From positions 1,308 to 65,307 of the forward strand of contig JAXDBM010000033.1 in assembly GCA_034678725.1 (NCBI GenBank): a stretch of DNA of 64,000 nt, read 5' to 3'. Positions 58,643 to 64,000 of this stretch are shown here, piece by piece; position 1 is the stretch's first letter; each line of letters begins with the position of its first letter. This DNA is from Syntrophales bacterium. GTDB lineage: Bacteria; Desulfobacterota; Syntrophia; Syntrophales; Fen-1087. The notes below the pieces were generated by a model that saw only the letters and a program-made list of their open reading frames with translations, ran no database searches and was not told where the DNA came from. Position numbers and translations under genes: made by a program.

Positions 58643-59422
58643 CTACCAGACCTTCCATGGCGCGTTTTCTTCGTTCCACAGCCGGTTGAGGTATTCCGTC
58701 TCACGGATCGTGTCCATGCAGGCCCAGAAGCTGTCGTGCCGGTAGACCATGAGTTCCCCCTCGGACACGATCTTCTCGATCGGACCGTATTCGAGGTCGC
58801 AGTTGTCCGATTTGTCGAGATAGTCGAAGATCCTTCGATTGAACACGAAATAGCCGCCGTTGACGAAACCCTCGATGTCTTTCGGCTTTTCGAAAAACTC
58901 GCTCACCTGGTTGCCCTCGATCATCAGCTCTCCGAAGCGGAGCGGCGGGCGGGGCACGCCCGTCACGGTGGCCATTTTCCCGTGCCTGAAGTGGAAATCT
59001 ATGAGCGCGTTGATGTCGATGTTGCAGACCCCGTCGCCGTACGTTGCCATGAAAGTGTCGCCCTTGACGAACTTCTCGACCTTCTTCAGCCGGGCGCCCT
59101 TGAGGGCCTTTTCGCCGGTGTCGGCAAGAGTGATCCGCCATCCCGCCTCTTCGTGGTTCTGGTGGATTTCGACATTCTCGGGCTTTCCCAACTCGATGGT
59201 GACGTCGTTGTTCATCAGCTCGTAATGGCAGAAATAGTTCTTGATCATCTCGCCCTTGTATCCGAGGGCCAGGATGAAGTCCCTGTGCCCGAAGTGGGCG
59301 TAGGTCTTCATGATATGCCAGAGAATAGGCCTCGTCCCGATGTTCACCATCGGCTTCGGGCGGAACTCCGTCTCCTCGCGAAGCCGCGCCCCGATGCCGC
59401 CGCAGAAAATGACCACTTCCAT
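58643..59422 (-). CDS. rfbF: Glucose-1-phosphate cytidylyltransferase
   Basis: CGGIGARLREET..PKPM, ILWHIMK, LGYKG, TYGDG, FWACMDT. Confidence 0.94.
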   Translation of the reverse strand: MEVVIFCGGIGARLREETEFRPKPMVNIGTRPILWHIMKTYAHFGHRDFILALGYKGEMIKNYFCHYELMNNDVTIELGKPENVEIHQNHEEAGWRITLADTGEKALKGARLKKVEKFVKGDTFMATYGDGVCNIDINALIDFHFRHGKMATVTGVPRPPLRFGELMIEGNQVSEFFEKPKDIEGFVNGGYFVFNRRIFDYLDKSDNCDLEYGPIEKIVSEGELMVYRHDSFWACMDTIRETEYLNRLWNEENAPWKVW

Positions 59423-59536
59423 GATTCTGAATGCCTCCTTAAAAGTATATTGCGCCTCACATCCGTCCGCGGACGAAGAGGGGGTTCCTTTCCGTGCCGG
59501 CTCTGCCCCGGTGGGGCGTCACCTCCCGTTACCTGC

Positions 59537-60667
59537 CTATGAGGGGCTCGGCGGCGCTTTCACTCCCGCCGCGTACACCTCTTGCAGGTATCTTTCCACG
59601 ACGGATTGCCAGTTCATCCCCTCAGCCATTCGGCGCGATCTTCTGCCGTGTTCCGGGATCAGGGAGGGGTTCTTGAGATAGATATCGAGCGCCTCCACAA
59701 TCGAATCCGCGTCGGCGATTTTTCCGATCACCACGCCGTTCCCGTCGATCATCTTTCCCACCCCGCCCACACCGGTGCTGATGATGGGAAGACCCGCCGC
59801 CATGGCCTCGAGCGTCGCGTTGCTCATTCCCTCAACCAGGGATGTGGAGATGAAAATGTCGGCTCGGTGAAGCTCCCGGTTCAGGTCCGCATGCTCGACA
59901 TATCCTCGGAACTCCACATCGAGCCCTTCGCTCTCCCGTTTCAGGCTCTCCATCTCGGAACCCTGCCCGACGAGGATGAGGCGGTACCCTTTGATTTTTC
60001 GCAGGGCGTGAATGAGGTGAATGTGCCCTTTGCGCTGGCCCAGCCGGTTCGAGGAGATGAGCGTGAGCGGCAAGCGGTTTCCCCCATACTGTTTCGGTTT
60101 GAACTCTTCCGTGTCGACGCCGTTCGGAATGATCGCGATCCTGCAGCGCAGCGTGTTCTGCGCGAGTTCGCTCAGTTCTTCCGAGTTGGCCGTGACGATC
60201 GCCGCGTGTCTCCAGATTGCCCTGGAAAGGTCCTTCAGGATGATCTTCTCCAGAAGGCGAAAGCGGATTTCGTAGCCGGGCACATCATTTCCCCTCAGGG
60301 CGACGACATAGGGTATCTTTTTCCGGTGTAGATACCCGAAGAACCCCGGCGGCCAGCCGTTCCAGCAGTGGCAGATGTCGTAGGCGTTTTCCCGCAGGAG
60401 TCGTTTGATGTAGAAGTGCGCGCGCAGGCACCAGGAGAGCATTTCCGGTCCCGACCAGTGGTGCAGGTCCTTCTTGCGGATTCCGATCCTGTGCAGGCGG
60501 ATGCGATCCGAAAAGTTCTCGATCCGCATGCCCGGTTGAGGCTGGACGGTGACCAGGTCAGCGGCGACTTCCGGGTGTTTCGCCAGTTCCCGGATGAAGT
60601 AGTAATTCGCGTTGGCTGTGCCGCCGCCGACCGGCGGGTACTCGTAGTTGATCATCAGGACCCGCAT
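59537..60667 (-). CDS. Glycosyltransferase family 4
   Basis: YEYPPVGGG, IPNGVD, EGMSNATLEAMAAG. Confidence 0.92.
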   Translation of the reverse strand: MRVLMINYEYPPVGGGTANANYYFIRELAKHPEVAADLVTVQPQPGMRIENFSDRIRLHRIGIRKKDLHHWSGPEMLSWCLRAHFYIKRLLRENAYDICHCWNGWPPGFFGYLHRKKIPYVVALRGNDVPGYEIRFRLLEKIILKDLSRAIWRHAAIVTANSEELSELAQNTLRCRIAIIPNGVDTEEFKPKQYGGNRLPLTLISSNRLGQRKGHIHLIHALRKIKGYRLILVGQGSEMESLKRESEGLDVEFRGYVEHADLNRELHRADIFISTSLVEGMSNATLEAMAAGLPIISTGVGGVGKMIDGNGVVIGKIADADSIVEALDIYLKNPSLIPEHGRRSRRMAEGMNWQSVVERYLQEVYAAGVKAPPSPS

Positions 60668-60670
60668 GAT

Positions 60671-61639
60671 CTAAACAGGGAGGTTACCCTTCTCGTTTTC
60701 GATGTAGATCGGCCTCCCCTTCACCTCGTTGTGGATTCGGCCGATGTACTCCCCCAGGATCCAGATGAACATGAAGAGCACCCCCATCAGCATGAACAGC
60801 AGCACGACCAGGAATTTATAGAGATGGTAATATTTATCGAAGATCAGCGCATCCAGAACCATGTACAGGAGAAAGAGGGAGCCCAGGACAATATTGACGA
60901 TACCGATGATGAAACCGATGCGGAGGGGCAGGAGCGAAAAGTTGAGCATGCCGTCCATCCCGAGGGAGATCAGCTTCTTGAAGGAGTATCCCGTTTCGCC
61001 GACCTGCCGGTCCGGCCGTTCGTAATCGACAAAGGCGTGCGAGAAACCCGCCCAGGCCACCATGCCGCGCAGGTACCGCGCGCGTTCGGGCATCGCCTTG
61101 AGGATGGAGAGCACCTTCCGGTCTATCAGCCGGAAATCCCCGACATTTTCCGGCATGTCGATATCGGACGTCTTTCCCAGCACAAAATAGTAGGCCATGG
61201 AGGCGTACCGCTTGACGAGGCTGTCTTTGCGGTAGTTGCTCCGCCGGGCATAGACGATGTCGAAGCCTTCCTCCCACTTCCGGCAGAGCTGCGGGATCAG
61301 TTCCGGGGGGTCCTGAAGATCGCAGTCGATTGAGATGACTGCTTTTCCCGCCGCGTGATCGAGACCGGCTGTCAGCGCAGCCTGGTGCCCGAAATTCCGG
61401 CTCAGGCTGACGTACTTCACGCGATCATCCCTTTCGGCCAGGGCCCGCAGCTCCTTGAGGGTGCCGTCCGAGCTCCCGTCGTTGACGAAGATGAGTTCCC
61501 ATGGTTTTTCGAGTGAATCCATGGTCTTCCGGGCCCTGTCGTAGAACAGGGCCACGGTGTCCTGTTCGTTGAAAGCCGGGACGACGACGGAGTAGAACGC
61601 ACCGTCGGCCGTAAGCGGTTTATCCTCTGTTGTTTTCAT
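60671..61639 (-). CDS. Undecaprenyl-phosphate glycosyltransferase (GtrB/ArnC-like GT2)
   Basis: VNDGSSD, LSRNFGHQAA, DCDLQDPP, GDFRLID, two C-terminal TM helices, LGEYIGRI. Confidence 0.9.
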   Translation of the reverse strand: MKTTEDKPLTADGAFYSVVVPAFNEQDTVALFYDRARKTMDSLEKPWELIFVNDGSSDGTLKELRALAERDDRVKYVSLSRNFGHQAALTAGLDHAAGKAVISIDCDLQDPPELIPQLCRKWEEGFDIVYARRSNYRKDSLVKRYASMAYYFVLGKTSDIDMPENVGDFRLIDRKVLSILKAMPERARYLRGMVAWAGFSHAFVDYERPDRQVGETGYSFKKLISLGMDGMLNFSLLPLRIGFIIGIVNIVLGSLFLLYMVLDALIFDKYYHLYKFLVVLLFMLMGVLFMFIWILGEYIGRIHNEVKGRPIYIENEKGNLPV

Positions 61640-61671
61640 GCCAGCACCCATAGTCCGATTTGCCGTCCTTG

Positions 61672-63633
61672 TCAAGAAGCCGGCTGGTTCGAATCATCGC
61701 GTTGCTTTGCCGGCGCCTCGACGCCTTTTCGGCTTGTACCTGTGCCCCGCATTCCAGGCGGGAAAACGGCAGGCTGCCGCTTCCCGCACCAGGCATTCAG
61801 AAGCCAGAGGTTCCACAGGAAGGCCCGGTGATCCGTTCGGCAGGCCACGTGCGCCGCCGCGAGGGAGGCAACGTACGGGGCATGGAGGCGAGGGAACGAG
61901 CCATTTCCCTCGAGCTTGAGCCTGCCCTCCTGGAACCACCGTCCGATGGGCACGCTGAACCCCTTCTTGGAGCGGTAGAGGAGTTCGTGTGGCAGAACGG
62001 GCTCGAGCGCCTTTTTCAGAATGTACTTGGTCCGGCCGTTCCGGTATTTGTACTGATGAGGTATTTTCCTTACAAAATCTATCAGTTCAATGTCCAGAAA
62101 GGGAGCGCGAACCTCCAGGGAGTTCATCATGCTCGCCCGGTCCGATTTGACGAGAATGTCGTCCTGCAGATAGAGCTTCGTGTAGAAATGCAGGGTCTTG
62201 TCCACCAGGTTGTCCTGGCCGCAGGCGTCCCACTGTTCGATCGCCTCGGCGTAGACCTCCTCGATGTCGGTGGGTTCCCGGAACAGCTCGTCCAGATCCC
62301 GCGGGTCGAGCGGACCCAACCAGACGGGGGCCCAGAGGTTTCTTGAATAGGAAAGCCCCCTCAGGGTTCGCTTCAGGCGGAAATCGATGCTCATGTTCCC
62401 GTACGTCGAGGGGAGAACGGCCACGGCCATGCGAATGGCCTGATGGACCGGTCGGGGAACAAGCCGGTCATACCACTGCGCCATTCCGAGAGCCCGAAAG
62501 GGATCGTAGCCGGCGAACAGTTCGTCGCCGCCGTCCCCGGACAGGGCCACGGTCACGTGCTTTCTCGTTTCCCGGCAGAGCAGAAAGGTTGGCATGAGCG
62601 AGCTGTCCCCCATCGGCTCGTCGAGCCTGCCGACGATCTCCGGGAGCAGATCGCCGGCCCGCTCCATGGAGAGGATCTCCTCGCGGTGCTCCGTGCGGTA
62701 CCGGCGTGAGATGATCCGGGCGTATCCGGTCTCGTCGAAGCCGGCTTCCTCGAAGCCGATGCAGAAGCTCTTCATGCCCGCCGGCCCGGAGGACTCGGCC
62801 GCAAAGGCGGTGATCGCGGAGGAGTCGATGCCGCCGCTGAGGAAGACGCCCAGGGGAACGTCGGACATGAGGCGCCGCCGCACCGATTTTCGCAGCAGGT
62901 CGCGAAGCTCCTCTCCCCAGGCTTCCTCGGGGTCTGCCGGCATGCGGTCGAACGGTTCCAGGACGAAATCCCAGTATTTCGAGATCCGAAACGTCAGGTC
63001 TCCGGTCCTGAGCAGCAGGTTGTGGCCGCCGGGGAGCTTGAAGATCTGCCGGTAGAGTGTGGATGGCGCCGGAATGTAGCCGTAGGCAAAGTACTTCTTG
63101 AGGCTTTTCTCGTTCAAGTGGGCCGAAACGCGGGGGTGCCGGAGAAGCGAGGTCAGTTCGGACGCAAAGGCAAAGGCGCCGTTCTGCAGGGAGTAGAAAA
63201 GGGGCTTTTTCCCGAAGCGGTCCCGGCTGAGGAAGATCTCCCGCCGCTCCCGGTCAAACAGGGCAAAGGCCCACATGCCGTTGAGTCGGGACGGCAGTCC
63301 CTCCCCCCACTGCCGGTAGCCGTGCAGCAGCGCCTCCGTGTCGGAATGGTCCGAAAGGAAACGGTGCCCCGCCCGCGTCAGCTCTTCACGAAGCTCCAGA
63401 TGATTGTAGATCTCCCCGTTGAAGACGATCCCAAGGGCGCCGTCTTCCGTCCACATCGGCTGCGCCCCGCCGTCGAGGTCGATGATGGAGAGGCGGCGGT
63501 GGCCGAGATAGACGGCCTCACTCGCGTCGTGCCACATTCCTTCGGCGTCCGGCCCACGGTGGACCATCGCCCCGGTCATGGACGCGAGGATGTCGATGTC
63601 GCCGGCGCCGCTAAAACCGCAGATTCCGCACAT
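61672..63633 (-). CDS. asnB: Asparagine-synthase-like glutamine amidotransferase (glycan amidation type)
   Basis: MCGICG, HRGPD, RLSIID, NGEIYN, LSGGIDSS, LSGDGGDELF, SLEVRAPFLD. Confidence 0.92.
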   Translation of the reverse strand: MCGICGFSGAGDIDILASMTGAMVHRGPDAEGMWHDASEAVYLGHRRLSIIDLDGGAQPMWTEDGALGIVFNGEIYNHLELREELTRAGHRFLSDHSDTEALLHGYRQWGEGLPSRLNGMWAFALFDRERREIFLSRDRFGKKPLFYSLQNGAFAFASELTSLLRHPRVSAHLNEKSLKKYFAYGYIPAPSTLYRQIFKLPGGHNLLLRTGDLTFRISKYWDFVLEPFDRMPADPEEAWGEELRDLLRKSVRRRLMSDVPLGVFLSGGIDSSAITAFAAESSGPAGMKSFCIGFEEAGFDETGYARIISRRYRTEHREEILSMERAGDLLPEIVGRLDEPMGDSSLMPTFLLCRETRKHVTVALSGDGGDELFAGYDPFRALGMAQWYDRLVPRPVHQAIRMAVAVLPSTYGNMSIDFRLKRTLRGLSYSRNLWAPVWLGPLDPRDLDELFREPTDIEEVYAEAIEQWDACGQDNLVDKTLHFYTKLYLQDDILVKSDRASMMNSLEVRAPFLDIELIDFVRKIPHQYKYRNGRTKYILKKALEPVLPHELLYRSKKGFSVPIGRWFQEGRLKLEGNGSFPRLHAPYVASLAAAHVACRTDHRAFLWNLWLLNAWCGKRQPAVFPPGMRGTGTSRKGVEAPAKQRDDSNQPAS

Positions 63634-63749
63634 GGGGATTAACCTCTCGAATCAGGTCAGGGACCGACGGCGGAAAAACTGTTGCGCCATCCCTGCATCG
63701 TAATCCGGGCTCAAATCGGTTCATGCGATTATCGGACATGCGGACGCCT

Positions 63750-64000
63750 TTATCCGCACCCGGAAAGTTTCGGAATATGCCGGATCGCCGTCCAGAGAAA
63801 GGAAGAGGCGCTCAGAAAAAAGAAAATGAGGCTGAAGATGGGGATGATCCTCGTGCGGAACCTATCGGGCAGCCTGTCCAGGCCGATCACGAGCATCGGC
63901 AGAATCACAAAGAGATAGCGCCCCTGGGGCTGATAGTCGTTCACCCAGGAATGGTAGACCGACTGGCCGATGGCGAGACCGGCGAAGAGTATGACGATCA
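63750..64000 (-). CDS. 3' end of a polytopic membrane protein (GT-C/DUF2142-like), truncated by the window edge
   Basis: Frame is open to the window end; hydrophobic helices around QPQGRYLF. Confidence 0.6.
   Translation of the reverse strand, partial: IVILFAGLAIGQSVYHSWVNDYQPQGRYLFVILPMLVIGLDRLPDRFRTRIIPIFSLIFFFLSASSFLWTAIRHIPKLSGCG

Noticed and set aside
61672-63633. asnB as a housekeeping asparagine synthetase or lasso cyclase
   Set aside because: Context is a glycan locus with no precursor peptide or B protein; glycan amidation fits better.
4368-63642. Many long antisense or alternate-frame ORFs (e.g. 11996..13864 -, 30021..31802 +, 31842..33836 +, 47494..49014 +, 50079..51605 +)
   Set aside because: They shadow well-supported genes, lack family motifs and are expected in GC-rich DNA.
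1-64000. CRISPR arrays, tRNA/rRNA, IS elements, integrases, defence systems
   Set aside because: None recognised in the ORF track or intergenic gaps by eye; short RNAs could have been missed.

Overview
GC-rich diderm bacterial DNA. Gene order (lysS-lolC/E-lolD-bamA-skp-lpxD) suggests a deltaproteobacterium, possibly Syntrophales-like; this is inference. 1-4 kb: three tandem Hsp20 genes, an inositol monophosphatase, a short RodZ-like protein, tatA and ssb. 4.2-23.4 kb (+): an envelope/LPS operon (lysS, lol, bamA, skp, lpxD, lpxA, a GnnA/GnnB-like pair, lpxB, msbA, lpxK, two heptosyltransferases, gmhB, an epimerase, a Trm112-like gene). 23.4-64 kb (-): a convergent surface-glycan cluster of over 40 kb that runs off the right edge. 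It carries galE, a CapD/PglF-like dehydratase, an initiating transferase, many GT2/GT4 genes, an AlgI/AlgJ/AlgX-like O-acylation trio, CDP-sugar enzymes (rfbF, rfbG, rfbC, a C-methyltransferase), a formyltransferase with a class IV aminotransferase, an AsnB-like amidotransferase, a DUF4910-like protein and several secreted proteins/lipoproteins. Most notable: (1) a perfect sigma70 promoter driving a small membrane-targeted ORF ending in RAPP, followed by a structured spacer and a sugar-biosynthesis operon (candidate arrest-peptide control of glycan synthesis); (2) an approximately 90% identical 497-bp direct repeat 14,410 bp apart that builds a chimeric Fn3/propeller lipoprotein; (3) apparent pairing of glycan-decorating enzymes with hydrolase-like proteins. 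No rRNA, tRNA, CRISPR array or transposase was recognised.
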